DNA from: Minisyncoccota bacterium
Lineage (GTDB): Bacteria > Patescibacteriota > Minisyncoccia > Phycocordibacterales > JABMNX01
Assembly (NCBI GenBank): GCA_026195275.1
Contig: JAPHQU010000002.1
Location: 5,964-69,963 of the forward strand
Reading direction: 5' to 3'
Length of the DNA stretch: 64,000 bases
Of this stretch, positions 9,846 to 20,269 are shown one piece after another. A program made the position numbers and the translations under genes. The notes under the pieces are model-generated. The model ran no database searches. It was not told the origin of the DNA and was given only the letters and a program-made list of their open reading frames with translations. Position 1 is the first letter of the stretch, and each line of letters starts with the position of its first letter.

Positions 9846-10882
9846 TGAAACTCTTAATTTGTACTCAGAAGATTGATAGGAACGACCCCATACTTGGGTT
9901 CTTTCATCGTTGGGTCAAAGAGTTTGCAAAGCATTCTGGGCAAGTGACGGTCATCTGTCTTGAGAAAGGCGAGTACGATCTTCCACAAAACGTTCGCGTG
10001 CTCTCTCTTGGCAAAGAAGAGGGAAAGGGGCGCCTCACATACCTCTCGCGCTTCTACCGCTACATCTGGCACGAGCGCACAAACTACGACGCGATCTTCG
10101 TGCATATGAATCAGGAATACGTTTTGCTCGGCTGGTTACCGTGGAGGCTTTTGGGTAAAAGGATATTTATGTGGAGAAACCACGCCAAGGGGAGTTGGCT
10201 TACTCGGCTTGCTGTTCTCTTATCCGACAAAGTATTTTGTACCTCACCACAGTCATTCACAGCGAATTTTAAAAAGACAGAGCTCATGTCTGTGGGTGTC
10301 GACACAGATTTCTTCAAACCCGACTCATCAGTTCACAAAAGACCGCACTCAATCCTTTTCTTGGGGCGTATAGCACCGGTTAAACGCGTCGACATGTTCA
10401 TTGAAGCCCTACGAATACTTAAAGATAAAGGGATTGATTTTACAGCGACCATAGCAGGAAATTCATTACCACGGGACGCAGAATACGAAACAATGATTCG
10501 CAATAAAGTTCTTACGCACGGTCTCTCGTCCCAAGTAGTGTTCACGGGTTCTGCGTCGCGCACTCAAGCTCGAGATCTCTATCGAGAGCACGAGCTGTAT
10601 GTGAACCTTACTCCGTCGGGTAGCTTGGACAAGACCATTTTTGAAGCTCTTGCCTCTGGCCTCAAGGTGGTCATCTCAAACAATTTTTTTGAAGGAAAAT
10701 TGCCGAAAAGATGGGTTATCACCGATGATTCCGACGCCCATGTTATAGCAGCCACCCTTGAAGATGTTCTTAGTGAGGGTTCAGAGATAGTAAATGATAT
10801 TGCATCATTCACTAAGAAACACAGTCTCAAGAGTCTAATGGATGTATTGGTGACAGCCATGAATGCATCAAGCGCGAAATAA
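9845..10882 (+). CDS. glycosyltransferase family 4
   Basis: TAATG stop/start overlap at 9843-9847; GRIAPVKRVD, GSLDKTIFEALASG. Confidence 0.9.
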   Translation: MKLLICTQKIDRNDPILGFFHRWVKEFAKHSGQVTVICLEKGEYDLPQNVRVLSLGKEEGKGRLTYLSRFYRYIWHERTNYDAIFVHMNQEYVLLGWLPWRLLGKRIFMWRNHAKGSWLTRLAVLLSDKVFCTSPQSFTANFKKTELMSVGVDTDFFKPDSSVHKRPHSILFLGRIAPVKRVDMFIEALRILKDKGIDFTATIAGNSLPRDAEYETMIRNKVLTHGLSSQVVFTGSASRTQARDLYREHELYVNLTPSGSLDKTIFEALASGLKVVISNNFFEGKLPKRWVITDDSDAHVIAATLEDVLSEGSEIVNDIASFTKKHSLKSLMDVLVTAMNASSAK

Positions 10883-10887
10883 GTAAT

Positions 10888-11997
10888 ATGAAATTGATCT
10901 ACGTTACCTCTAAGAAATTTCCTTCTGGGAAAGTCGATCCTTTTTACGTACGGTCGATGGCAGAGGCATTCACCGCGCTCCTCGGTCGGGACTTCTTGTT
11001 TCTTGTGAGAGGAAGCGTGCCCGACCAACTGAAACACACGAATGCCACAGCAGTGAGAATACCAAACCGTCTGAGGGTGGTCTACTACTTCTTTTTGATG
11101 CCGGTTCTTACAATGTTGCGCAAATGGAATGATTCAGAAACAATATTTATTTCTTATGACCCATACCTTCTCTCGATACTTATATTCTGGCGAAAGGTAT
11201 TCGGATCTAGATACTTCATCTGCTCTGATTGGCATCAGCTCTTTGATGATTGGAAAGATAAATATGTGTCAACAAATAGTGATTACCTGACATGCACATC
11301 GAAAAGGTTAAAGAGACTTTTGTCATCTGCCTGCGACATTGACCCAAGTAAGATATTGGTTGCGTACGGTGGCGTAGACCCGGATATCTTTATCAAGAAA
11401 TCGGAGATAGGTAAGATGGAATACCGAAAGAGGCTAGGGCTGCCAAGAGGCTCGTTTCTAGTGGGTTATGTGGGCGGCTTTAGGAGTGTCGGTATGGAAA
11501 AAGGTCTTGATACCATGATCAAGGCTCTCCCGTATCTGGATGAAAAGATACTCATGGTGTTTGTTGGCGGGTCTGTGGAACACATCAATGAATACAAGGC
11601 GCTCGCGGAGGAGATTGGCGTTGAAGAGAAATGCATATTCGTAGAGAAACAACCGTTTGAGAAAGTTGTCGAGTACGAATTGGCACTAGATATTCTTACC
11701 ATACCGTATCCGGACAAACATCACTTCAGAGACTACGGCTTTCCGATGAAAGTGTGGGAGTGCATGGCCGCCGGTCGCCCGATAGTATACTCGGATCTCG
11801 ATATCATAGGAGAGGTACTTGAGGGTAGGGCGACCTCTTTTCAACCGGACGATGCGCGAAGTCTCGCAGATACCGTGTTGTCTATCTATCAAGATACGGA
11901 ATCTGCAGAGAAGATTGCAAAACAAAACCCCGTGGATATACAAGCGTATACTTGGAAGGCTCGAGCAAAGAATATTTTAGATTTTATACAAATATAG
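10888..11997 (+). CDS. glycosyltransferase family 4
   Basis: GYVGGF...GMEKG, FPMKVWECMAAGRPIVYSD. Confidence 0.9.
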   Translation: MKLIYVTSKKFPSGKVDPFYVRSMAEAFTALLGRDFLFLVRGSVPDQLKHTNATAVRIPNRLRVVYYFFLMPVLTMLRKWNDSETIFISYDPYLLSILIFWRKVFGSRYFICSDWHQLFDDWKDKYVSTNSDYLTCTSKRLKRLLSSACDIDPSKILVAYGGVDPDIFIKKSEIGKMEYRKRLGLPRGSFLVGYVGGFRSVGMEKGLDTMIKALPYLDEKILMVFVGGSVEHINEYKALAEEIGVEEKCIFVEKQPFEKVVEYELALDILTIPYPDKHHFRDYGFPMKVWECMAAGRPIVYSDLDIIGEVLEGRATSFQPDDARSLADTVLSIYQDTESAEKIAKQNPVDIQAYTWKARAKNILDFIQI

Positions 11998-12000
11998 CGT

Positions 12001-13830
12001 ATGTGCGGAATTTCAGGATTTAATTGGAAAGATGAACAGAGAGTAGCTTCAATGGTGACGACGCTTACTCATCGTGGCCCGGACGCACAGGGCGTTTTTG
12101 TTGATGCGGGTATATCACTCGGACACAATCGACTGAGTGTCATTGACTTGTCCTCGGACGCAAATCAACCGATGCACAATAATGATAAGACACTAACCAT
12201 CGTTTTTAATGGAGAGATCTACAATTTTCGAGAATTACGAAAGGAGCTTGAAGGGATGTATGCGTTTCGGACAAAGAGTGACACCGAGGTGATCCTTGCT
12301 GGCTATAAGATGTGGGGGGAGGGTGTGGTCGACAGACTCAATGGTATGTTTGCTTTTGCCATTTGGGATAGACAAAAACAGAAACTCTTTTGTGCACGAG
12401 ATCGTGCGGGCATTAAACCATTCTATTACTTTTGGGATGGGAAACGTTTTATATTTGCTTCAGAGATAAAAGGTATTTTGAAACACGATGTACCACGAAC
12501 GCTCAACATAGAAGCATTCAATCACTATATGAGAGTCTTGTATGTACCAGAGCCAATGACCATGATGCGAGACATATACAAGTTACCGCCTAAACACACA
12601 CTGACTCTTAAAGATGGAGACCTCTCTGTTGCGGAGTATTGCGACGAACCAAGTGAAGTACAGCCGCGTTCGTATAAAGAGGCGGTGAGTATGTTGCGTG
12701 AGAAGGTTATCAGTGCCGTAGGCAGACAGCTTGTATCTGATGTACCTGTCGGGGTATACCTCTCTGGAGGTATAGACTCGAGTGCGGTGTTGTTCTCTAT
12801 GACCCAATTTAATAAGAACGCGGAGACATTTTCTGTAGGTTTTGATCTTGGGACAGGAGAAGAAAGCGAAAAATTCAACAGCGACCTTCGGCTTGCAAAA
12901 CAAACCGCAGAGTTCTTTGGGGTAAAACACAACCAGATACTCATTTCTGCAAAAGATGCGCGTAACCATCTGGAGGAAGTAATTGGAGCATGTGACGATC
13001 CAATATCGAATCCGACATCTGTTGCGATGATGCTTTTGGCACGGTTTGCAAAAGATAAGGTGAGCGTGGTCCTGACCGGAAGTGGAGGGGACGAGCTTTT
13101 TGGCGGTTATGACCGATATCGCGCAGCACTTGCTGCATATTATTACAAAAAATTGCCCGGAGCTCTGCGTTCTCTCGGGGATATCCATCCAAAGGTAGCT
13201 AAGCTAGACTACCAAAGTGGCAGCGACTTCCTTGCGCGGGTCATGTTCGAGAAGGACCCGAGACTCTCCAAAGTATTGTCACCGTCTGTGTTTAAAGATG
13301 ACTCATTCAGCAAGCAATATTTTGAGGAGCGGTATATCTCACAATGTTCTGGAGACTTAGCGGATTGCCTCATGGAGACCGATCAGAAGAGTTGGCTACC
13401 GGACCATTTCTTCATGCTTTCTGATAAGATGTCTATGTCGAGTGCTCTCGAAGAACGAGTGCCGTTGACAGACAACGAGCTCATCGCTTTCTCACAGTCA
13501 CTGCCACGATCATATAAGCTAGATCTATTTAGGACGAAGAAGATACTCAAAGATGCCTTCCGAGATGACCTGCCAGGATTCCTCTTTGATCAACCGAAGC
13601 GAGGTTGGTTTTCACCGGGAGCAAAATGGCTACGAAACAAGGAGTTTGCAGGTTTTGCGAAAGAAGTATTGTCAAAGGATTACTATAAGGGCACCAAAGA
13701 TCTTTTTAATTGGATGGAAGTAGAAGATATGCTTGAAAAACATGTCAGCAAAGATGCCTACAACCTGACTATTCTTTGGGCGATACTTACTTTCCAGGTA
13801 TGGGCACGTACGTATGAGATAGAAATATGA
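12001..13830 (+). CDS. asnB: asparagine synthase (glutamine-hydrolysing) family amidotransferase, probably glycan-amidating
   Basis: N-terminal MCGI, HRGPD, FNGEIYNF, LSGGIDSS, GGDELFGGY; sits inside the GT operon. Confidence 0.93.
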   Translation: MCGISGFNWKDEQRVASMVTTLTHRGPDAQGVFVDAGISLGHNRLSVIDLSSDANQPMHNNDKTLTIVFNGEIYNFRELRKELEGMYAFRTKSDTEVILAGYKMWGEGVVDRLNGMFAFAIWDRQKQKLFCARDRAGIKPFYYFWDGKRFIFASEIKGILKHDVPRTLNIEAFNHYMRVLYVPEPMTMMRDIYKLPPKHTLTLKDGDLSVAEYCDEPSEVQPRSYKEAVSMLREKVISAVGRQLVSDVPVGVYLSGGIDSSAVLFSMTQFNKNAETFSVGFDLGTGEESEKFNSDLRLAKQTAEFFGVKHNQILISAKDARNHLEEVIGACDDPISNPTSVAMMLLARFAKDKVSVVLTGSGGDELFGGYDRYRAALAAYYYKKLPGALRSLGDIHPKVAKLDYQSGSDFLARVMFEKDPRLSKVLSPSVFKDDSFSKQYFEERYISQCSGDLADCLMETDQKSWLPDHFFMLSDKMSMSSALEERVPLTDNELIAFSQSLPRSYKLDLFRTKKILKDAFRDDLPGFLFDQPKRGWFSPGAKWLRNKEFAGFAKEVLSKDYYKGTKDLFNWMEVEDMLEKHVSKDAYNLTILWAILTFQVWARTYEIEI

Positions 13831-14780
13831 GCACAAATAATACACAACACGATTTGATCGAACGGTTTGCAACCTATGTTTCAGCATACAAACATTCAAT
13901 GCAGTACGCGAGAGAAGAAAGAAGTGCAATTAAAAGAGTCCTCTACGGATTGCAGACATTTGGTTGTTCGTACATTTTTTACAATCTTGCGCGGTTCAAG
14001 ATACTGCCTCCTTGGGGTAGTGTGCGCAACAGATTCTTTTTTGGTAAGAATATGGTCTTACCGATGAGGGACCTCGGCACACATGTATTCTCCATGTACC
14101 AAATCGCACAAGACAAGAGCGAGATACGGTTAACATTGTGGATGCTCAAAAACCTTAGGGACACAGATATCGTATACGATGTTGGTGTTCATTTGGGGTA
14201 CTATACGGCACTTGCAGAGAAGGTTGCCACCGGTGGGGAGGTGCATGCGTTTGAAGCAAATAAGCGACTCTGTCATTATTTACATAAGAATTTCTCTAAT
14301 TCAGGGAGGGTCTTTATCACATGCAAAGCTGTCGCGGGATCTTCAGGAAAGGTCGAGTTTTATGATGCAACTGATGCCGAAGACAGTTCTACGAGCTCAC
14401 GTTTTAATCTGTCAAAATCAGACACAAAGCCGTCGAGTATTCCTAGTGTTAGTCTTGATGCATACACACGAGCAGGGCATAAGATCCCAACAGTGATAAA
14501 ATTAGACATAGAAGGCGGAGAGTACGATGCAATTGTAGGCGCGTCGAAATTGCTAGAGGATCATCGTCCGCGCGTTGTTATGGAAGTGTGGGGTGGAGAA
14601 ATGGGAAAGCAGTACTCTCAAAAGGCAGTCGAGAAACTTCAGAGTCTTGGATATCGCGCTTTCGCCATAGAAAGCGACGGGTCTATTTCTCAAGATCATA
14701 TAGTTGACCCGGTTGCACATATCTCAGGACATTCTCAAAATAATCCCCGAGATAATTTTTTGTTTATAAAAGGTTCATAA
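13827..14780 (+). CDS. FkbM-family methyltransferase
   Basis: YDVGVHLGYYT, VHAFEAN, IKLDIEGGE. Confidence 0.88.
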   Translation: MSTNNTQHDLIERFATYVSAYKHSMQYAREERSAIKRVLYGLQTFGCSYIFYNLARFKILPPWGSVRNRFFFGKNMVLPMRDLGTHVFSMYQIAQDKSEIRLTLWMLKNLRDTDIVYDVGVHLGYYTALAEKVATGGEVHAFEANKRLCHYLHKNFSNSGRVFITCKAVAGSSGKVEFYDATDAEDSSTSSRFNLSKSDTKPSSIPSVSLDAYTRAGHKIPTVIKLDIEGGEYDAIVGASKLLEDHRPRVVMEVWGGEMGKQYSQKAVEKLQSLGYRAFAIESDGSISQDHIVDPVAHISGHSQNNPRDNFLFIKGS

Positions 14781-14784
14781 AAGG

Positions 14785-15888
14785 ATGAAGAAAATTACCT
14801 ATATAGCAAATATCCGCATTCCAACTGAGAAAGCTCACGGTGTGCAGATCATGAAGATGTGCGAGGCATTTGGAAAGGAAGGGCACAATGTAACACTTGT
14901 CGCACCATGGCGATTTAATCCAGTGAAGGCGGATCCATTTGAATACTACGGAGTTGAGCGCAATTTCTCGATTACCAAACTCCCGTCGCTTGATCTGGTG
15001 CGATTTGGCCGGATTGGGTTTTTGATACAGCTCGCAACATTTAGCTTCTCGGCCTTCATCTACACCCTTATCAAAGATGTGGGAGTTATATACTCACGAG
15101 ACGACCTTGTATTGTGGCCAATAAGTTTTTTTAAGAAAAATGTCGTGTGGGAGGCGCATATGCCGCGCGATAATTACATCGCAAAGTCGCTTACAAAAAA
15201 GTTAAAGAAACTGATTGTCATATCACAGGGTCTGAAGGACTTCTTTGTGAATACTGGGATCTCTCCAGAAAATATTCTCGTTGCGCATGATGCTGTTGAC
15301 CTCGAAGACTTCTCTGTACAGGCTGACAAGAAGGAGACGCGAGAAAGGCTGGGTTTGCCACAAGACAAATCAATCGTGATGTATCTCGGGCGGCTTGACC
15401 CGTGGAAGGGGGTTGAGACTCTTCTTGAGACTTCACATATGCTTCCCGAAGACGCTCAGGTTGTTATAGTAGGAGAGGGAAGCGAGCTTGAGCGATATAA
15501 GCAAGAATATCCAAGCGTCATTTTCACAGGCCCGCTTCCGTATCGCGATCTGCCACAAAATCAGCAGGCGGCGGACGTTCTCGTGATTCCAAACTCAGGA
15601 AAGAGCGATGTCTCGCGTCTCTATACATCACCACTTAAGGTGTTTGCACATATGGCATCCGGTGTTCCTATTGTTGCGTCAGACCTGCCGAGTATGCGCG
15701 AAGTGCTCTCAGAGGAGACCGCGACGTTTGCTACCCCGGACGACTCTGACTCGTTTGCAGATGTGATCACTGGGGTGCTCGAGCAGCACGACGAATCTGT
15801 AAGCAAGGCGCGTCGAGCAGTTGGGGTAGTGCGGTCGCATACATGGCACAATAGAGCAAAAGATATTGTTGAATTTATAAAAACATAA
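14785..15888 (+). CDS. glycosyltransferase family 4
   Basis: EKAHGVQIMKMCEAF, GRLDPWKG, TSPLKVFAHMASGVPIVASD. Confidence 0.92.
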   Translation: MKKITYIANIRIPTEKAHGVQIMKMCEAFGKEGHNVTLVAPWRFNPVKADPFEYYGVERNFSITKLPSLDLVRFGRIGFLIQLATFSFSAFIYTLIKDVGVIYSRDDLVLWPISFFKKNVVWEAHMPRDNYIAKSLTKKLKKLIVISQGLKDFFVNTGISPENILVAHDAVDLEDFSVQADKKETRERLGLPQDKSIVMYLGRLDPWKGVETLLETSHMLPEDAQVVIVGEGSELERYKQEYPSVIFTGPLPYRDLPQNQQAADVLVIPNSGKSDVSRLYTSPLKVFAHMASGVPIVASDLPSMREVLSEETATFATPDDSDSFADVITGVLEQHDESVSKARRAVGVVRSHTWHNRAKDIVEFIKT

Positions 15889-15891
15889 TAA

Positions 15892-16578
15892 ATGAGTAAT
15901 CATTTACAAAATTTATTAAGCCATACACCTGATCTTCTCAGCAGGAAGGTTTTGGACATTGGATCTGGAAAAGGTGATTTTCTGGTTGAGGTTGCTATTG
16001 AGGGAGGAGAGGCGCAAGGAATAGAGAAACATAGAGAATACATAAAGGAAACTCTAAAGAACGCAAAGAGAAACAATGTGTCTGTGAAAGTTACGGAGGG
16101 TGTTGCTGAGAAGCTGCCGTTTCAGGATAAAGAATTTGGATTCATAAACATCTCAGAAGTTATAGAACATGTAAAAGATCCGAATCTGCTTATAAAAGAA
16201 GCTTACCGTGTTCTAGGGGATGACGGTACTGTGTACATAAGCATTCCAAGCAGGTTTAGTCTTAAGGATCCGCATTTTCATTTGTATTTCGTGAACTGGT
16301 TGCCAAGATTCGTGTCGGACTCATTTATCTCTATATTTGGAAAACATAAAGACTACAGTGGCGATGCGGGGAAACAAAGGTTGGGGGAGATGCACTACTA
16401 CAGATTTTATGACATAAAAAGGGATTTGGTTGAAGAAGGTTTCGAGGTTGTTGATATTAGGGAGGACAAGATTCGAAAGAAGTTTCGAGGTTTGCTAGGG
16501 GTAGTCATTCTGATTCTGTATAGACTATTTCTACGTCCATTTTATCTTGATACTTTTCATATCCTTTTAAGAAAATGA
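15892..16578 (+). CDS. class I SAM-dependent methyltransferase
   Basis: VLDIGSGKG, AEKLPF, EVIEHV.DP. Confidence 0.88.
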   Translation: MSNHLQNLLSHTPDLLSRKVLDIGSGKGDFLVEVAIEGGEAQGIEKHREYIKETLKNAKRNNVSVKVTEGVAEKLPFQDKEFGFINISEVIEHVKDPNLLIKEAYRVLGDDGTVYISIPSRFSLKDPHFHLYFVNWLPRFVSDSFISIFGKHKDYSGDAGKQRLGEMHYYRFYDIKRDLVEEGFEVVDIREDKIRKKFRGLLGVVILILYRLFLRPFYLDTFHILLRK

Positions 16579-17723
16579 AATTAAAATTGAAAACATTATT
16601 TCTTTTGTTTTTGTGCCTATGCCGATATGTGGTTTTCGGCAAAGCACAAAAGAAGCAGAAGACTTTTAAAAAGATCGCGATATTCCAAGGAGCAAAGTTG
16701 GGGGATATGGTGTGCACCACGCCAATGTTTAGAGCTGTTAAAGAAAAATATCCACAATCTCAACTTGTTGTTATCGGTGACGGTGTGAACAAGCGTCTTC
16801 TAGAGCACAATCCTGATGTAGACAGTTATCGTGTGTACAAGGAAGAGGATATTTTCTCGACCATTAAAGAAATAAAGAAAGAAGGTGTGGATTTTGGCTG
16901 CATCACCGGACCCAGCTTCCTGAATCTTGCTGTTCTTTATCTGGCTGGCATCCCACTGATTGTTGCTCCTGTAATCAAGAGTGGTTGGAGTCCTTGGGAG
17001 ACCATGAGTTATAAGATTCTTCGGAGGTTTGTTGAGACCCAACCGCATCACATGGGACAGTATGCCCCCAGAGAATATTTACGTTTGCTTGAGACCATCC
17101 ACATTTTCACAGATGATACAACAAAACACTTAGTGTTTTCTTCACAAGCTCAGCAAGAGACCAGAGCTTTGCTTGAGCAATACGCCGGTCGATTATTGAT
17201 TGGCATTTCACCTTCAGCGGGCAATAAGATAAAAGAGTGGCCAACCGAGCGTTTTGCTGAGGTTGCTAATTACATCGCGTCTCGATACGATGCAGTTGTG
17301 GTGATTATTGGTGGTCCCGGTGACGGCGAATATGCCAAGAGGATGAAAGCGGGTCTTGATAGAGATGTCGAATATGTTGATACAACGGGGATACTCTCCA
17401 TTGATGAATTAAAGGCATTGATAAGCAAACTCAATCTTTTTATAAGCGTAGATACTGGACCCATCTATATTGCAGAGGCATTCGGTGTTCCTACGATTGA
17501 TATAGTCGGACCAGTGGATGAAAATGAACAGCCACCTGTTGGTGAGAGACACAAGATAGTAGTGTTTGGACGAGATAAGCCAGAACTACATATTATGAAC
17601 TCCAGGATATATAATGAAAAGAAGGCTCGGATGCAAGTCGAGTCAATTAATGTCAAAGATGTTATTTATGAGATTGCAAAATTGGCTGTATTCTTGAAAG
17701 AAAATGAAACCAAAAAATCATAA
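16575..17723 (+). CDS. glycosyltransferase family 9 (heptosyltransferase-like)
   Basis: KLGDMVCTTP, K.WP.ERFAEV, ISVDTGPIYIAEAFGVPTI. Confidence 0.9.
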   Translation: MKLKLKTLFLLFLCLCRYVVFGKAQKKQKTFKKIAIFQGAKLGDMVCTTPMFRAVKEKYPQSQLVVIGDGVNKRLLEHNPDVDSYRVYKEEDIFSTIKEIKKEGVDFGCITGPSFLNLAVLYLAGIPLIVAPVIKSGWSPWETMSYKILRRFVETQPHHMGQYAPREYLRLLETIHIFTDDTTKHLVFSSQAQQETRALLEQYAGRLLIGISPSAGNKIKEWPTERFAEVANYIASRYDAVVVIIGGPGDGEYAKRMKAGLDRDVEYVDTTGILSIDELKALISKLNLFISVDTGPIYIAEAFGVPTIDIVGPVDENEQPPVGERHKIVVFGRDKPELHIMNSRIYNEKKARMQVESINVKDVIYEIAKLAVFLKENETKKS

Positions 17724-18873
17724 AAAGATTGTCATCGGTGCCGGCTACGGCATGGGGAATCTGGGCGATGAGGCAATCTGCGAGACCATTATTAACGATA
17801 TTCATTCTGTGGACGGATCTGCGTCCATCACAGTTCTCGTCTTTGAGAAGAACCTCTTTCTTGAGTCACATCCTGACCTTATTGACAACAGACGCATTCG
17901 CGTCCTGTCTATGGATTTTCGACGAGGAACTCTGCGTAGACCGAGGAAACTGTTTGATTTATTATTGGGAATAGTTGCTGTGATATATTGCGATATATTT
18001 ATCTGGGGTGGTGGTAACCTAATCAGGGATAGAAAATACTGGCTTAACATTTATATAAAACCGTTACTGTTAGCTCAAGCTCTAAGAAAGAAGATTATTA
18101 TATGGTCAATAGGCATTGATAACATCTCTAAGCCTGAGGTTATAAAACTCGCAAATAAGATAAGAAAGGTTGATGCATTTTCGGTAAGAGACAGAGCGAG
18201 TAAGGATAATTTTTTGAACATATCAAGACACTTCAATACTGGAGAGATTGATGTTATACGCGATCCAGTATTTCATTTCTCTAGCTTGGTCAAAAGGGTG
18301 CCTGCGAAGGATTATTGCACAATCGGGTTTAATATAACTTTTTGGAAGGCAGATTTTTCTAATGAAGACAAGACGGAAGATTTCGCGACTTCGTTTGCAA
18401 AGATCTTAAACAGTTTACACGAGAAGATAAAGTTAAGGTTGGTTTACCTTCCGAGTGCGCCAGAAAGAGATTCCTTAATGTATGAGCTTTTGTTAAAGAA
18501 AATGGACCCGTATATAAATCTAGAGTACCCAAAGATATCAACCCCATTGCAGTATGTAGAACATACCTCTGAACTCGATTTATTTATCGGTATGAGGATG
18601 CATTCCATCATTATGTCTTCAAATGTGACTCGTCTGCCTACCCTTGGAATTATCTATGACGAAAAAGTTCAAGCTTTGAGTGAAGAGGAAGGGTTGGGGG
18701 ACAACTTCTTTTCTATTGAGGATGTTATAGAGTATCCAGACAAAGTAGAAAGGAAAATATATGATTCCATAGATGATAAGTTACCGGCAATTGATTTTAA
18801 TAATGTAAGACAGGATTCATTAAAAATGATAGACGTAATAAAACCTATTATTTTCCACAAAGATACTGAATAA
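17704..18873 (+). CDS. polysaccharide pyruvyl transferase (CsaB/WcaK-like)
   Basis: GYGMGNLGDEAI, GGGNL..D, SVRD..S, GMRMHSII. Confidence 0.9.
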   Translation: MKPKNHKKIVIGAGYGMGNLGDEAICETIINDIHSVDGSASITVLVFEKNLFLESHPDLIDNRRIRVLSMDFRRGTLRRPRKLFDLLLGIVAVIYCDIFIWGGGNLIRDRKYWLNIYIKPLLLAQALRKKIIIWSIGIDNISKPEVIKLANKIRKVDAFSVRDRASKDNFLNISRHFNTGEIDVIRDPVFHFSSLVKRVPAKDYCTIGFNITFWKADFSNEDKTEDFATSFAKILNSLHEKIKLRLVYLPSAPERDSLMYELLLKKMDPYINLEYPKISTPLQYVEHTSELDLFIGMRMHSIIMSSNVTRLPTLGIIYDEKVQALSEEEGLGDNFFSIEDVIEYPDKVERKIYDSIDDKLPAIDFNNVRQDSLKMIDVIKPIIFHKDTE

Positions 18874-18876
18874 ATT

Positions 18877-19623
18877 ATGAACAAAATATTGTTTACAACT
18901 AGTTGGGATGATGGTTCTGTACTGGACTTGAAGATCGCCGATTTATTATCGCATTATGGTATGAAAGGTACATTCTATATTCCAAAGAGCTTTGATGGAA
19001 AAAATGATAAGCATTCTGCTTATAACCGCCGACTCACAGAGAACGAGATTTGTTCTATTGCTACCTCTCATGAGGTGGGAGGACACTCGCTTACTCATCG
19101 CAGGCTTACCAACATCTCCTTGGAGGAGGCGAGAGGCGAGATCTTCGCATGTAAGGATTTTTTGGATAAAGTTACCGGTTCTCCAACCAAAGCGTTTGCT
19201 TACCCCGGTGGCGAGTTTGACAGGCAGATTACAGGAATAGTTAAAGAGGCAGGGTTTAAAGTTGCCCGAACGACCCAGAAGCTCACCATCCAGATGACTA
19301 AAGGACAGTTTCTAATGAGTCCGACTATTATATGTCAGCCATTTCCCTTCCGTAAATTAGACGCAAATCGATACTATTTTGGGAGGATTCTCGACCCTGT
19401 GAATGCTTATACACCAAAGCAATTTGTGCCCTCGTGGCAGTCGCTAGCAAGGAAGTGGTTTAAGAAATCTCTTGTTGAAGGCAGCTATTTTCATCTATAT
19501 GGCCATTCTTGGGAGCTTGAGAAATATGGTATGTGGCAAGAACTTGAATCCTTCTTGAAATTTGTTAAAGAGTATGGCGACGTTATTTATTTGTCCAACA
19601 GCGAAGTTATGGAACAGGTATAG
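18877..19623 (+). CDS. polysaccharide deacetylase (CE4-like)
   Basis: TTSWDDG, HEVGGHSLTH, FAYPGG, FHLYGHSWE. Confidence 0.9.
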   Translation: MNKILFTTSWDDGSVLDLKIADLLSHYGMKGTFYIPKSFDGKNDKHSAYNRRLTENEICSIATSHEVGGHSLTHRRLTNISLEEARGEIFACKDFLDKVTGSPTKAFAYPGGEFDRQITGIVKEAGFKVARTTQKLTIQMTKGQFLMSPTIICQPFPFRKLDANRYYFGRILDPVNAYTPKQFVPSWQSLARKWFKKSLVEGSYFHLYGHSWELEKYGMWQELESFLKFVKEYGDVIYLSNSEVMEQV

Positions 19624-19669
19624 AGTCCGACTTTCTTGATGATACATTTCATATTAAACTTAAGATAAG

Positions 19670-20269
19670 ATGAAGCCACAGATGACACCAAAAGAAATTG
19701 AGATGATGGAAGAAATACTGTCATCGTATGGTCCACACATCGATGTCTTAGAGTGGGGTAGTGGCGGTAGTACAGTGTACTTCACGCGGTTCCTCCATAG
19801 TAAAGATATCTCGTACACATGGACAAGTATTGAATATAACAAGCTCTGGTATGACAAAATATCGGAGGCGGTGAGTAATGACGAAGATGTTGCGCTGAAA
19901 CTTTTTGATGTTGGAAATACTGAATTAAAACAACCTTATACACAAATGGATGAGTATGTCGCGTACCCTAGGACGCTCGGAAAGAAATACGACGTTATTC
20001 TTGTTGACGGAAGGAAGCGACACAGATGCTTGCTTGAAGCAAGTAAGTTATTAAGACCTGGTGGCACCGCGATTCTTCACGATGCGCGAAGGACGTATTA
20101 CCACGGCGCTTTTTCTGCGTACCCAAACAGTCGCATGCTTTTATGGACGGGTCTCTGGCAAGGAAAGCTGGAAGACCCAGGTTTGATTTGTAGAGCTATA
20201 AACTTTATGAGATATTGGTGTTTCCGTGCGTATACATTTTCGTTTCGCTTACGTCCAAGATCCTCATGA
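19670..20269 (+). CDS. SAM-dependent methyltransferase
   Basis: VLEWGSGGST, DVILVDGR.R..C, LHDA.R. Confidence 0.82.
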   Translation: MKPQMTPKEIEMMEEILSSYGPHIDVLEWGSGGSTVYFTRFLHSKDISYTWTSIEYNKLWYDKISEAVSNDEDVALKLFDVGNTELKQPYTQMDEYVAYPRTLGKKYDVILVDGRKRHRCLLEASKLLRPGGTAILHDARRTYYHGAFSAYPNSRMLLWTGLWQGKLEDPGLICRAINFMRYWCFRAYTFSFRLRPRSS